The notes: generated by a model not told the origin, from the letters alone. DNA of 63,969 bases, filler included, from Octopus bimaculoides (GCF_001194135.2; 9 parts of 9 records of this genome joined end to end with filler, not necessarily neighbours in it), one strand, 5' to 3'; shown: positions 39,486 to 53,171, counted from the first letter of the whole stretch. Program-made: numbers and translations.

Positions 39486-40107
39486 CTGAGCTGGGGTAGT
39501 GGGCTGGCTGATAACATCGACCCTAGTACTCGACTGGTACTTATTTTATCGACCCCGAAAGGGTTGCCGACAAAGTGGGAAAAACGTTAAGGAGCCGGAA
39601 AAAATGCCACTAAGCGTTATTAGGATTCTGCCACCTCGCCATTATAACAATAAAGAAATTATAAATACATCTGTTTTTTGCTATAATTCCTTGAAAAAAC
39701 TTAAGTCAAAAGCTTATTTCCTACACTCCCCACCAGCTTTTATTTTTTTGATAACATTTACTTCCGGTCATTTGATAAGCATGGCAGAAATGGTTGACTA
39801 AGCTAAACTCGTGACAAAGAACTATATAACCTACCTTCGTCGTATTGCCAGGAATCCTATTATACAGATTGACATTAGAATAAAAACCAGCAATCCTGTG
39901 ACAGAAGCCGCAACTATATATATATAAACATAAAAAAAAAGAATGGAAATCACCAATAAATAATTAATGAATAAATAAAAAACAAAATAAAAATAAAATT
40001 AAGATGGATATTGTCTTTTATTAAAAAATGTCAAAACTTCGAAATTTGCATTTAAAATATTTTCAAATGCCATTGTCATTATTATTGTTGTTGGTATAAT
40101 AATAATA

Positions 40108-40173
<66 letters not shown>

Positions 40174-40710
40174 ATTATTATTATTATTATTATTATTAGT
40201 AGTAGTAGTAGTAGTATTGTTATTATTATTATTATTGTTGTTATTAAGACAACTTGGTTCAGTGGGTAAAACCAAATTTTATGTGTGTTTTCTATGGCAT
40301 TTATAAAATTTTATTTTAAAGGCTGTTTGTCGAAAATACCAAATGTTACTGTAACGGGGAGGAGGGTGTGGATGCAACAATATCAACTACAACAACAACA
40401 AAAACAATAATGGAACAAACAATACAATAAGAATGTAGGCAAGAGGAAGAAGAACAACAACGGACAATAAAAAAGGACAGTACGGAAGTACAACAGACAG
40501 GAAGTACTACAACAACAACAACAGTTAAAACAACAACAAACAATAACTGGAAGCAGTAAGGACAACAAAAACATGCCGCCGCCGCCACCACCACCAACAA
40601 AACCACCACCNNNNNNNNNNNNNNNNNNNNNNNNNNNNNNNNNNNNNNNNNNNNTTAATTAATTAANNNNNNNNNNNNNNNNNNNNNNNNNNNNNNNNNN
40701 NNNNNNNNNN

Positions 40711-40741
<31 letters not shown>

Positions 40742-42148
40742 TAATCACCATCATCATCGCTTTAACAGTTATTTTCCCTGCTCGCATGAGTCAAATAAAG
40801 TTTATTGAAGTAGATTTTCGGCAGCTGGATGTCCATCTTGTAACCAACCCTCACCTGTTTCCATGTAAGGTAATTTTCCCCCATAACCAGACATGTTTAC
40901 ACAGAATATTGGAAATGATTCAATGTCAAGATTAGGAGACACAAACATATACATACACATCTGTCTTTATGTGTGCATGTATATATATATATATATATGT
41001 ATATGTATATCTACACATACACACACACACACTCATGAGTAGCTTCTTTCAGTTTTCATCTACCAAATCCAGTTCGGTTGACACAGGGTCACAGTAGAAG
41101 ACATTTGCCCAAGTTGCTATGCAGCAGGACTGGACCTAAAACCATGTAGTTGGGAAACAAACTTCTCAACCACATTGCCATGCCTGCACCTATTTCAATG
41201 GGTCACATTTGTGAATTTTGTAAGGTACTAGGGCTCAGAATTAGCCTTGACTAGATCATTGCAATGTTCTGGCTTGTCTTAAGAATGATATGCATGAAAC
41301 TATCTTGCACTCAGCCACTATAGCTCCATAAATGGTGAAACTTGTCCTCAGGCTTCAGAGAGGAACCAATTCCTTCAGGGTTGTCAGGTCTTGTGAATGG
41401 TCCTAAAATGGCATCACAAGAAGGACAAAAATTGCAGTGCATCATGCCTGTGTAATGACCTTTCTTTACTCATGTGACACACAGTTCCTTTACAAATGTG
41501 TAAAGGTCTTTGAGAGCTTTCCTTAGAGGTGTTTAAAATAATGTCACCTGGGCTTTGTGGACACCAACGCATCGAGGCAATGATACTCAAGCACCACTTA
41601 TGTTGGACAAGACACCTCGTGCAAATGAACGATCAGAAAGTTCTGAAAACAGAAACTGTTTGGTGAAGTTGAATGCCAAAAATACTCTCAGCATAAATCA
41701 AAGACTAAGTATAGTCTTCATTGAAAAGTATTTGAAACAAATGAAGTCAAGAGGAAAAGAAATACACTTGATCATTGCACCAATAGAGAAATATCTGAAA
41801 AATCAAACATTTCCCAAGCAGAATTTAAGAGAGCTGCATAAAAAACAACACAGTCTGCAAAGTGGCATAAGTCAGCTTCGCTTATGATATTTATGGTTGT
41901 ATAGCTTTTTCCAAGGCCATGCTCATTGGTGAAACACACATTCACATATACAAAATATACAATATAATATGTGCATCATCATCATTTTAAATTCAATTTC
42001 CATAGAATCTCAGGTCAGCTGGGTCATAGGACATCTCACTAGTATATTTCATTTCTGGTTTCTGTTCTATAGTGAAATACCCTTCCTATCACTAACCACT
42101 TTATAGAGTGTACACTTTGTAGTGTATATATGATTATGAATGTGTGAG

Positions 42149-42186
<38 letters not shown>

Positions 42187-42403
42187 ATACACACACACCT
42201 ANNNNNNNNNNTATTATTAGCATTATCCTGCGTTTGAGAATTTAAAAATCATTTCTTTAACTTTCTACGACATCTCAATGCTTCTAAAAGCAAACTTCGT
42301 TTGTTTACATTCATCGTAATTTGAATTTAATATATATATATATATATATATTTATGAATATGTTCACTAGTTTACTTCAACCCTGTCACCGAAGCCTATA
42401 TAC

Positions 42404-42441
<38 letters not shown>

Positions 42442-42497
42442 NNNNNNNNNNNNNNNNNNNNNNNNNNNNNNNAACCCTGTCACCGAAGCCTATATAC

Positions 42498-42533
<36 letters not shown>

Positions 42534-42643
42534 ATAAGGTACATACACAGAAAAAGACTTCACTGGCTTTAGTCACTGGACAGCTGCAATGCAGAGAATC
42601 ATATTGACCCCAGTAATTATTTTTATAAGACTAGTACATGTGA

Positions 42644-42681
<38 letters not shown>

Positions 42682-43054
42682 ATACCTGATTTTATGTCAA
42701 GTTATATATAAAATGATTAAATTTAAGGATTACTTTTCAGTTCAGTTTATATGTGTCAATTTTTGCAAGGGAAAAAATTATAGTGACTTAAGTTTTGGTT
42801 GATCACCAATAATGTTTGATGAGAGTAAGCAAGCTTAAACTTCAAAGTCACTTTCAACCTTTCCTCTGTAAAAATTAAAAATGTGTTGGTCATCAAAACC
42901 AACTGTGAGATTAGAAATCTACATTCCTGATAATATTTATAATCCACAATAGTGAACCTGGAGCTACTCATCAGAGGAATTAAAGCTGGCATTGCTAATA
43001 CTAAGCAACCATTGACACTTATTTCTACTTGATGCAGTTAGCAGTAACCTAGAA

Positions 43055-43349
43055 CAGGGGTTTTCAAACTGTGGTCCGCGGACCACAGGGGGTCCGCAAG
43101 GACAAGACAGGGGGTCCGTGGACAGCAAATACTTTTTATGGGCAATTTGATTTTATATGTTTTTTAATCGAAATCTTTTAATTGACAATAAACCTATTTG
43201 TTAAATACTGTTAAATAAATAAATGTAAGAATATATGTTATTTTAAGCAAATATTTATGTATAAATTTCATAAGCGTTTATAAGGGGGTCCCTAAGGTAA
43301 AGCCTGAAATATAAAGGGATCCACAAGTCAAAAAGTTTGTAAACCCCCG
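43055..43349. mobile_element. hAT (Charlie-like) MITE, 295 bp
   Basis: TIRs caggggttttcaaac / gtttgtaaacccccg with a perfect 8-bp target-site duplication acctagaa at 43047-43054 and 43350-43357. Confidence 0.88.
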
Positions 43350-44205
43350 ACCTAGAATATACCTGAGAGCTACCATGGTAACTGCCTGGATAATTTATCC
43401 CTATACACTCACCATTGTCTGTTGGGTGGTTGGTGATGGGAAGGGTATCAGGCTGTAAAAATCCTGCCAAATTGTCAAACTCCCACCCATACCAGCATGG
43501 AAGGCAGACATTAAACAATGATGATGATAATGATGATATATACACATACATACACACAAGTGCAGGCATGGCTGTGGGGTTGAGAAGCTGACTTCGCAAT
43601 CACATGGTTTTAAGTTCAATCTTACTGCATGGCACCTCAGGCAAGTACTTTCTATTATGGCCCCCAGGCCAACCAATACACCTTGGAAGTGAATCTGGAA
43701 ATGGAAACTTGTGAAAGGGCGTTATGTATGTATGTGTGTGTGTGTGTGTATGTATCTTTGCTTCCTCCCCATTGCTTGACAACCAATTTTGGATTGCTTG
43801 CATCCCCATAACTTAGAAGCTTGGTAATAGAGAATGATACAATAAGTACCAAAGTTAAAAACACTTAGTAGTTGTGGGGTTGATTGGATTGACTAAAACA
43901 CCTCGAAGCAGTGCTCCAATAAGGCAGTAATCCAATGACTGAAACAAGTAAAAGATAAAAGATATATACTGTAGCAGGCATTGTTTGTTGTGGAAAGAAA
44001 CTTTCGCCATAGCCATCTGGTTTTGGATTATGTTATGACTCATGGTATTTCCTCTGCCAGTCACAAATGTATCATAACAGATCATTGGTACTTCCTCATT
44101 TGAGTTTGCTAATTAAAGAAAGAAATAAAAGCCTAAATACATGCACATCAACATTTTACATCAGTCACCTTATCTGGTTTGGATTGGACAGTTCGACGGA
44201 ATATG

Positions 44206-44244
<39 letters not shown>

Positions 44245-44249
44245 TATAT

Positions 44250-44396
44250 ACTACACTCTCTGAGTGGTTGGCGTTAGGAAGGGCATCCAGCTGTAGAAAC
44301 TCTGCCAAATCAGACTGGAGCCTGGTGTTGCCATCCGGTTTCACCAGTCCTCAGTCAAATCGTCCAACCCATGCTAGCATGGAAAGCGGACGTTAA
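44250..44396 (-). mobile_element. Short interspersed repeat, family D (next to CAT/GAT microsatellites)
   Basis: tttaacgtccgctttccatgctagcatgggttggacgatttgactgaggactggtgaaaccggatggcaacaccagg. Near-identical copies at 47785-47870(+) and 60785-60920(+); diverged copies at 50550-50810(+), 51040-51270(-), 54300-54600(-), 57320-57450(+), 43400-43520(-) and 61130-61250(-). Confidence 0.85.
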
Positions 44397-44472
44397 NNNN
44401 NNNNNNNNNNNNNNNNNNNNNNNNNNNNNNNNNNNNNNNNNNNNNNNNNNNNNNNNNNNNNNNNNNNNNNNN

Positions 44473-44523
<51 letters not shown>

Positions 44524-44893
44524 CACATGAACACACACACTTACTGCCTTATTTTGCACCATCACTTGTCCTTCAGTACCTTTCGAGGAATTCACACCAT
44601 TGCAAGCTTTTAGACCACCTCAAACTCACCATTCCTAGGTACAGATTAATAGAAACTGCTTCTTTTGCTAATAAAGAAAAATGCACAAGGACATACATTC
44701 TCAGCGATATATCTTTTAACATCCACCTTCAATGCCAGTATACATGAATTTTTGTAATCTTATAATATATATATATATATACATACACACATAATCATGA
44801 GATGTATATAAATGTATATATTTATTTTATGATTATGTGTCATCCTCATTTAATGTTCATTTTCTATGCTGGCATGGTTGTTTATATTATATG

Positions 44894-44924
<31 letters not shown>

Positions 44925-44964
44925 CATATACACACATGTATATAAATATATATATATGATTTAA

Positions 44965-44995
<31 letters not shown>

Positions 44996-45032
44996 TATAT
45001 GTATATATGCACACATATATATATATATGTAC

Positions 45033-45079
<47 letters not shown>

Positions 45080-45211
45080 TTTGAAATGATTCAAATAAAA
45101 ATTTATACTTACTTAAAATTACTTCATATTTTATCTTCCAAAATACTGTATAAAATAAAAACAAATTAGGATTTTGGGGCCAAAGAATGATTATTTGCAA
45201 TGAGAAGTTTA

Positions 45212-46663
45212 TCAAGTGACACAAATCCAACCATTGTTTGTCAGAAAATTAATTATTTTCCGTCGATGTGTTTTGTCCAAGTAACTTGGATAACGAATTT
45301 TAACTGGATATCCATGCTGTCGTTGCAAAGATTCTCTGATGATAGAAGTTTTTATAGTTATGTAGTTGGATGGAGTTAAGCGAAGACTACTACAAAGTCT
45401 CTTTTCGCTGTTTGAAAGTTGTTCATAGTTAGGGAGGGAGGACATATCCTTGGTGCTTTCATCATCACAATCGTCCGGATTTTCATCATCGTCATCAATT
45501 ATAATGTCTAGTTTGCATTCATTTTTCTTTGATACAAGTGTCGATGATGAAGACATGGAACGTTTGTTCATCAAGGAATTTGCTACTTTCTTGCTTCTGT
45601 CAGCTCGACGCTCTTTTTTAATTTTCACTTCTTCAAAAAGCTCCACTTCATTCGATTTGGTCAAGCCATTTCGTCGGTACCTGAGGAGGTCTTTTATGTG
45701 ACAGCGCACGTCTTTGACGCGTTGCATGTTGTCACAAAACTGCTTGTGTTCATGGAATGTCTGGAAACGAGCAAACACTCGCATTCTATCAATGACATCT
45801 TTGTCATCTTTTGAACCAGCTGAACTTGACGATGAGGATTTGGTCTTCTTGGTCTGCTGTGACTTTGGTTTACCACTGGTATTGTTGTTTGAAAATAAGG
45901 CATTGGTTGAAAGAAGTCCAAACTTACATGCTAACCTTTTCCTTCGTTCTCGTTCAGCCAAACGACTTCGATAGCGGTCTACCTGAGACAGCTTGAACAA
46001 GATGTCCAGTTCCTCATCGTCATAGTTTATTGCAATCGAACTGATCACTGCTTCAGCATCATTATCATACTCCCTTTCAAAGTCACCACGTAACATCATG
46101 TAACCAAGGTCTTTCTGTTCGGCTGCTGTCAAGTCAACAAGGGGCATGGGTGATCCGTTACTTAAACCATTGATATCACAACTTGCATTATCACCAGAAG
46201 CATCTCCACTTCCTTCGTTGTTTTCAGAGGTACTCTTCTCTTTTTTGATCGGAGGGGTGCTATCCGGAATGGGGCGATAGTTTGACCTGGTGTTTTCATC
46301 AGGGAAACTAATTGCGCCAACATTGCCGTGAATATAAAAGGTAACGTAATGTTCTTGACACTCGGACAAAGTTCTACTTTTAACGTGATTGGCAACATCC
46401 TCCCAGTTACCAAAACCGTATTGCTCTACAGCATCCAGAAGCATGGTTTCTTCAGCCAGGCTCCAAGGTTTAGAAGTCTCAAACACATTCACTGTTCTGG
46501 CAGTTAGATGCATGATTTTATAGCTATGGTCCCTGAGATGATTACCGATCTCAGCACCGTTTGCAAAACATATAAGACACACGTCGAAGTTTGGACACTC
46601 AGTACAATGGATATAGCTAGAATCGAACTCTAATTCGCAATTGCCGCACCGAGCGTTAGCCAT
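45212..46663 (-). CDS. TADA2B: Transcriptional adapter 2-beta (Ada2b, SAGA HAT module), single uninterrupted ORF of 483 aa
   Basis: ATG at 46663 in a strong Kozak context (ACCACCATGG); the ORF track starts 5 codons earlier at a GTG. N-terminal ZZ-type zinc finger (CGNC...CTECPNFDVCLICFANGAEIGNH..DH), SANT domain (WSLAEETMLLDAVEQYGFGNWEDVANHV), Ada2 core (LGYMMLRGDFEREYDNDAE) and C-terminal SWIRM (LSNSEKRLCSSLRLTPSNYITIK). The GAEIG, GFGNWED, YIHGN and NYDD motifs match the TADA2B type as I recall it. Confidence 0.95.
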   Translation of the reverse strand: MANARCGNCELEFDSSYIHCTECPNFDVCLICFANGAEIGNHLRDHSYKIMHLTARTVNVFETSKPWSLAEETMLLDAVEQYGFGNWEDVANHVKSRTLSECQEHYVTFYIHGNVGAISFPDENTRSNYRPIPDSTPPIKKEKSTSENNEGSGDASGDNASCDINGLSNGSPMPLVDLTAAEQKDLGYMMLRGDFEREYDNDAEAVISSIAINYDDEELDILFKLSQVDRYRSRLAERERRKRLACKFGLLSTNALFSNNNTSGKPKSQQTKKTKSSSSSSAGSKDDKDVIDRMRVFARFQTFHEHKQFCDNMQRVKDVRCHIKDLLRYRRNGLTKSNEVELFEEVKIKKERRADRSKKVANSLMNKRSMSSSSTLVSKKNECKLDIIIDDDDENPDDCDDESTKDMSSLPNYEQLSNSEKRLCSSLRLTPSNYITIKTSIIRESLQRQHGYPVKIRYPSYLDKTHRRKIINFLTNNGWICVT

Positions 46664-47039
46664 GGTGGTGGTCACCACAGCGAAGGCTGATCGGTGTGTG
46701 GTGTAATAATCACTAACGTTAAGAGCAGTTTGACGAAGACGGAGTTGGAGAGCAAAGTTACAGGAGGAGGAGTTGTAGAAAATGAGAGAGGGGTACAGAG
46801 AGTAAACAGCATATAACTATATAGAGAGAGTAAAGAGAAAGGCAATATAGTTATAGAGGGTGAAAACAAGCATATAATGATGAGTGTATATGTAGATGAC
46901 TGCGTGTGTTTTTTTCACAGAGATAATATTCGAAATAGTTTAAAAAATAAATACATTGTTCTTGTAGTGACAAAAATCGTCGATTCAGGATGCACTTTGA
47001 AGAAGAAGGACGACGACCAGCTATTGATCAGTCCGGCCA

Positions 47040-47110
47040 ACAGCGTCGAACGGATAGACGAGGTCCCTACGCCATCTTTGTTTCCGTACCGTTGAGTGCT
47101 GATGGCTGAA
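47040..47110. promoter_or_regulatory. Putative bidirectional, CpG-rich core promoter with YY1-type motif
   Basis: CpG-rich patch. AAGATGGCG (YY1-like) on the minus strand at about 47070-47078. It lies between the TADA2B 5' region and a plus-strand exon ending ATG|GTAAGC. Confidence 0.5.
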
Positions 47111-47154
47111 GTATTTCAGGCGACATCTAGTGACTGAAAAAAACGTTACAGAGG

Positions 47155-47157
47155 ATG
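47155..47157 (+). CDS. Candidate start-codon-only first coding exon end of a divergent plus-strand gene (product unknown)
   Basis: gaggATG|gtaagc: ATG at 47155-47157 followed immediately by a near-consensus 5' splice site, about 80 bp from the YY1-like motif. Confidence 0.45.
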
Positions 47158-47319
47158 GTAAGCATGGGAGGTAACTCTCAGTGACTAACTAATATACAAC
47201 TTAAAAAGGAAAAATTCAATTTCAAATGGTTTACAGTCATTTTATAAATATTTTTGTTATTTAATTTTTTAAATAATTTCAAGAAAAGAACGCTGCCTTT
47301 CAGTTACAAAAGGTAGTAG

Positions 47320-47372
<53 letters not shown>

Positions 47373-47949
47373 TCTAAGGTACATATGGAATATATACACA
47401 AATTTCGGCGCATGTAAATGTTGCAACATTTCACTTATATCGTATCGAATTTTTAAAAAAATTAATTAAGCAATTTTTAAAATATTAAAATTTAGAGTTG
47501 AAACGCACATACACACGCATTCACACAAGCATATACATGTAAGTGTATGTGTGTGTATGTGTGTATGTATGTATGTATGTATGTAAGTATGGATGGATGG
47601 ATGGATGTTGTATATGTATAATACATATACATACATAGCTAGAGATTTAAACTTTGTCATACACACGTGTGTGTGCGTACGTGTATGTACACATATAAAA
47701 CAAAATTTGCATATATCTGTGTGCAAGTTTACATATGTTATCATGTATAGATGTTTGTATATATGTATATATATCATCATCATCGTTTAACGTCCGCTTT
47801 CCATGCTAGCATGGGTTGGACGACTTGACTGAGGACTGGTGAAACCGGATGGCAACACCAGGCTCCAATCTAGTGTAGATAGATAGATATACATACACAC
47901 TTATATATACATATGTATGTATGTATGTATGTATATATATGTGTGTGTG

Positions 47950-48003
<54 letters not shown>

Positions 48004-51000
48004 AGTGTATGTATGTATATATGTATGTGTTTGTGTAAAATCAAGACATCACAAAGAAGAATGTAGAATTATACGTCTTCAAAATTTGTTTATTACAGTA
48101 TTATTCTTGTGTAATTTTTATATCAAAGGAAAGTGTGATGGATCTGCTTATTATTTAACAATCATTGGAATTGAAAAAAATGTGTTGTTCCCTGTTAAAT
48201 TATACAACATATATAAATTTTCAAAGGGGGTGTAATGTATAATTAAATTCAAAAGAATGGGAATAAATAAGCATTACATTTGCCAAAGTAACCTGAATGC
48301 TAAAAGGTTGACCCTTTAGTATTTAAATTAACACCATCCAGTCAAAAGTTTCTACCTATTTTATGTTCAAACCAGCAAGATCTGGCTTCTCACACCTAGT
48401 CTACAATATCATTCTAAAAATAAACAACAATCACATCATGGAAATCTCAAAGCTATGAGATAATGCCTGATTAAATCAAAGCAATGCAAATAATTATTTC
48501 ATTTGACAGAGTAATCTGAATGTCAAAGGGTTGAGGCCCAAACAGCTCTGCACCAGTATCATTGCAAGTATTGCTGTTCCAAGTGCAAAAAGCTAGAAGA
48601 GATACCACAAAACATGGTGTTTATCGCCTTAGACTGGTACTTTTTTTTAAAGAAAAATAATCCTGAAAAGACAGAAAACAAAGTTGGATCAGCTGTGATT
48701 AGAACTCAAACTGTAGAAACTCAGAATACATACTATGAAGTATTCTAACCAAAATGCTAACAATCCTACCAATTTGCCCTCTTAAGACACAGACTCAATC
48801 ATCATCGGCTCTGGTAGCAGCAGCAGCGTCATTTTCACATCTGTTTTACTATGTTTGTATGGTTTTGATGGATCTTCTCCAGTGCACACTCTGTCTCCAC
48901 ATTTTTCACTTCCTTCATGTGTTTCCACATTCCTTCATGAAGTTCAATCATCATGTGTCTCCACTTCCTTCATGAAGTTCAGTCATTTGAAATATACTTC
49001 CATCACTTCTTCCCACATCTTCTTTAGTCTTCCTCTTCCATGGAAGCACATAGTATTCATGATCGTAAAATTGTAGTTTTGATTCCTTGACCAGGAAATG
49101 CATTGTCTTTTTGAGCAAAGTGTTTCGTTTCATATTGCCACATTCTACTTAACTAGCAAATATGAGTAATCTTGCAATGGACTAGCATCCCATCCAGGCG
49201 GGGAATATATGAGTCACAAAATCTGTGGAACTGGTCTTATAAGCCTATTCTTCAGAAAGGCTCTTGATCCTTTTTCCACAGGTTTCTTCCATATAGTTTG
49301 CTTAGCACCTCCTAACCTAGCTGACATTCTCCATATGCATCATCTGTCTGAATCAGTACAGTTTTCCCTCTTTTCTTTTCATTGTGATTCCCCTCAAACC
49401 CAGTTTTTCTCTCAGCTCAATTAAGCGTCCTTCATTCATGAACACTAACACTACACATCTAAAGGAGCATGTTCACTTTTCTTCCCAGCCTTCACACATT
49501 CTCTTCATTTATAGGTGCAGGCATGGCTTAGAGTTAAGAAGCTCACTTTGGAACCACAAGGTTTCAGGTTCAGTCCACTGCATAGCACCTTGGGCAAGTG
49601 TCTTCTACTATAGTACCAAGCTGACCAATACTTTGTGAGTGAATTTGGTAGACAGAAACTGTGGGGATGTCTCTTGTACATATGTGTGTGTGCGCATGTG
49701 TGTATACACACACGTGTGTGTTTGTGTCTTTGTGTTTGTCCACCCACCTCGACTTGACAACTGGTGTTGGTTTATTTACATTCCCATAACTTAGCAGTTC
49801 AGCAAAAGAGATGAGTAAAATAGGTACAGACTTAAAAATAAGAACTGGAGTCATTTTATATGACTAAACACTCCAAGGCAGTGCTCCAGCATGACCACAG
49901 TCCAATGACTGATACAAGTAAAAGAATTCAGTCCATATTTCACGGCCATGCAACATTATGATTCATATGCAAATATATCCGATATACCTTTCACTAAAAA
50001 AATAATCTATGTTGCTAGTGAATGTGATAACTCAGAAGATTTTCACCTTTGTCCTTATTCTGGTCATTATGATTCGGAACACTCATTCCCACTGCTAATT
50101 AGATTACTCTATAACAGAAGCTACTTCTACGGAGACTTACAAGTACAGGTATATCTCGGCTTATGATATTTTAAGTTACATCTTTTACAACTTTACCGCT
50201 TTTTTTTAAAGAAATTGATAGAAAAACAACAAATTTCAACTTCATCAATTTATCCGATTTTACATTGGTTAGGGTGCCAGTGAACATACTTAAAGGATAA
50301 AATTTATAAAACACCTAAAATGTTTTATTTTAGATGTTTTATGTAAAAAATGGAAAGTCAAACAAAATATGTGAAAATATTTTACATAGGCACAGACGTG
50401 GCTGTGTGGTAGGAAGCGTGCTTTCCAACCACATGGTTTTAGGTTCAGTCCAACTGCATGACACCTTGGGCAAGTGTGTTCTACTATAGCCTTGGGCCAA
50501 CCAAAGCCTTTTGAGTGGATTTGGTAGATTGAAATTGAAAGACACCCATTCATCATCATCATTGTTTAACATCCATTTTCCATGCTGGCATGGGTTGGAC
50601 GGTTTAACTGGGGTCTGGAGAGCCAGTGGCTGCACCAGGCTCCAATTTGATCTGGCAGTGTTTCTACAACTAGATGTCTTTCCTAATGCCAACCACTCTG
50701 AGAGTGTAGTGGGTGCTTTTTACATGCCACCGGCACAGGAGCCAGTCAGGCGAGCCTGGCATCAATCAGATTCAGATAGTGCTTTTTATGTGCTGCCAGC
50801 ATGGGAGCCAGTCAGGCAGTCCTGGCATATATGTGTGTGTGTGGGTATGTGTATGTACTTATGTGTATGTACCTTTGTGACAGTGTTTGTCCCCTGACAC
50901 TGCTTGACAACCAGTGTTGGTGTGCTTATATTCCCACAACTTAGCAGTTCAGCAAAAGAGACCGACAGAATAGGTATCAAGCTTTAAAGAATAAGTACTT

Positions 51001-52269
51001 CGGTCAGTTCATTCAACTAAAAAATTCTCCAGGACAGTGTCCCAGCATGGAGTCATGTAAAAAGCACTGGTGATGGTGCCACACAAAAAGCACTGATGAT
51101 GGTGCCATGTAGAAAACACCCAGTACACTCTGCAAAGGTGTTGGTGTTATGAAGGGCATCCAGCGATAGAAACCATACCAAAACAGACCATGGAACCTGG
51201 TGCAGCCCCTGGCCTTGCTGCCTCCTGTCAAGCTGTCCATTTCTGCCAACATGGAAAATGAATGTTAAATGATAATGACGATGTTATTATCTTTAAGTTA
51301 AGTGGACATGCCTTGGAACCAATTACCAATAAAAGTTGGTGTTTGAAAGAATCTATTTTGTGGGTATTTTTCGTGGGTACTTTTGAGGGTACCTTTGTGG
51401 ATAGTGCTTGTGGATACTTTTTGTGGGTACTTTTACTGATAAACACTGAGATGTCATATATTTGTTTGTTGAGTTTTCTCCTGCTTGGCATGCCATCGTT
51501 ATATGTCTGAAAAGAGGTAAAGTTTATTGCAATTCCAAAAACGATAAACAAAAGTTGTAGAGAAAAAATAGAGCTACAAAAAAGAATACCATGATTAAAA
51601 CATTTTTTGTGTAAATTCAAATAACATTGGAAAGAATTAAAATAAATGGAAAAAAAAAACCTAAGCAAATTCATCTGACAACTCATTACTTCTGTACACT
51701 TTCAGGTGTACTTGTGTAGTTTAGAAGCTTGCTTCTCAACCATGTGGTTTGGGATTCAGTCCCACTGCAAGAAACCTTGGGCAAGTGTCTTCTACTATGG
51801 CCCTGGGCCAACCAAAGCCTTGTCAGTGGATTTGATACACAGAAAGTGAAAGAAGCCAGTCGTGTGTGTGTGTGTGTGCACGTGCATGTGTATGTCTTTG
51901 TCCCCCACCATCGCTTAACAACTGGTGTTGGTGTGTTTATGCCCCCATAACTTAGCAGTTTGACAGAGGAGACCAATAGAATAAGTACCAGGCTTAAAAC
52001 ACAGTAAGTACTAGGGTTGACTCATTCAACTAAAAATTCTTCAAAGTGGTGCCCCAGTATGGCCATGGTCTAACAACTGAAACAAGTAAAAGATAAAAGA
52101 TGTGTGAGTGTATATGTCTTTGTCTATGTTCGTTTGTCCCTCACAACCACTTGAAAACTGGAGTTGGTAGTGGTGGGGTTACGTCCCTAAAACTTAGCAA
52201 CTCAGCAAAAAGAGACCAATAACAAGAAGAACCAGACTTCAGAAATATAAGTTCTGATTTTGTCAACTA

Positions 52270-52636
52270 GGCGCAGGAGTGGCTGTGTGGTAAGTAGCTT
52301 GCATACCAACCACATGGTTCTGGGTTCAGTCCCACTGCGTGGCACCTTGGGCAAGTATCTTCTACTATAGCCTCGGGCCGACCAAAGCCTTGTGAGTGGA
52401 TTTGGTAGACGGAAACTGAAAGAAGCCCGTTGTATATATGCATATCGCTGACCAAACACCATTCAATTTTTTTTCTCCGTGTTTTTATCCTTGTTTTCTC
52501 TGTATTCTTTTTGTTGAAGAGCGTAGCTCGAAACATTAAAGACTTTCTGTATTCCCGAGTGTTAAACTAATACATCCTTTTGTTGTTTACACCACCTGTC
52601 CTCGTCTGTTGCTGTTTTTTTTTTCGTACATTCTCC

Positions 52637-52669
<33 letters not shown>

Positions 52670-52890
52670 ATATGTTTGTGTGTCTGTGTTTGTCCCCGCA
52701 ACATCGCTTGACAACCGATGCTGGTGTGTTTATGTCCCCGTAACTTAGCGGTTCAGCAAAAGAGACTGATAGAATAAGTACTAGGCTTCCAAAGAATAAG
52801 TCCTGGGGTCGATTTTCTCAACTAAAGGCGGTGCTCCAGCATGGCCACAGTCAAATGACTGAAACAAGTAAAAGAGTAAAAGAATAAAGA
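52270..52890 (+). mobile_element. SINE family A copy split by an inserted ~200-bp segment
   Basis: Head at 52270-52435 and tail at 52670-52890, with unrelated sequence between. Confidence 0.8.
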
Positions 52891-53171
52891 GTAACTAAAT
52901 CCTTCAAAGCAGTGCCCCAGCATGACTACAGTCCAATGATCAAAACAAGTAAAAAATAAAAGACAGAAATGAGATATTCATTATCTGTCAGCCAGCTTGT
53001 GATCACACTGCACTTATTGCATATCCATTGTTAACATATGAAACACCACATAGGATTCCTTCTTACTCCTTTTCTGCATATCACAAGAATGGCTATTTTA
53101 CTAAATAGCAGTAGTGTTATGTTTTATATCCTGTTACTTAAAACTTTTATATATATGTTATTCTATTTCAG

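Noticed and set aside
40346-40609. Hydrophobic Val/Cys-rich ORFs that could be the missing transmembrane exon
   Set aside because: They derive from a degenerate (CAA/ACA)n tract and have no credible splice sites.
42380-42531. Direct duplication of aaccctgtcaccgaagcctatatacatata(tg)n on both sides of a short gap
   Set aside because: Typical unmerged overlapping contig ends at a microsatellite, so probably an artefact.
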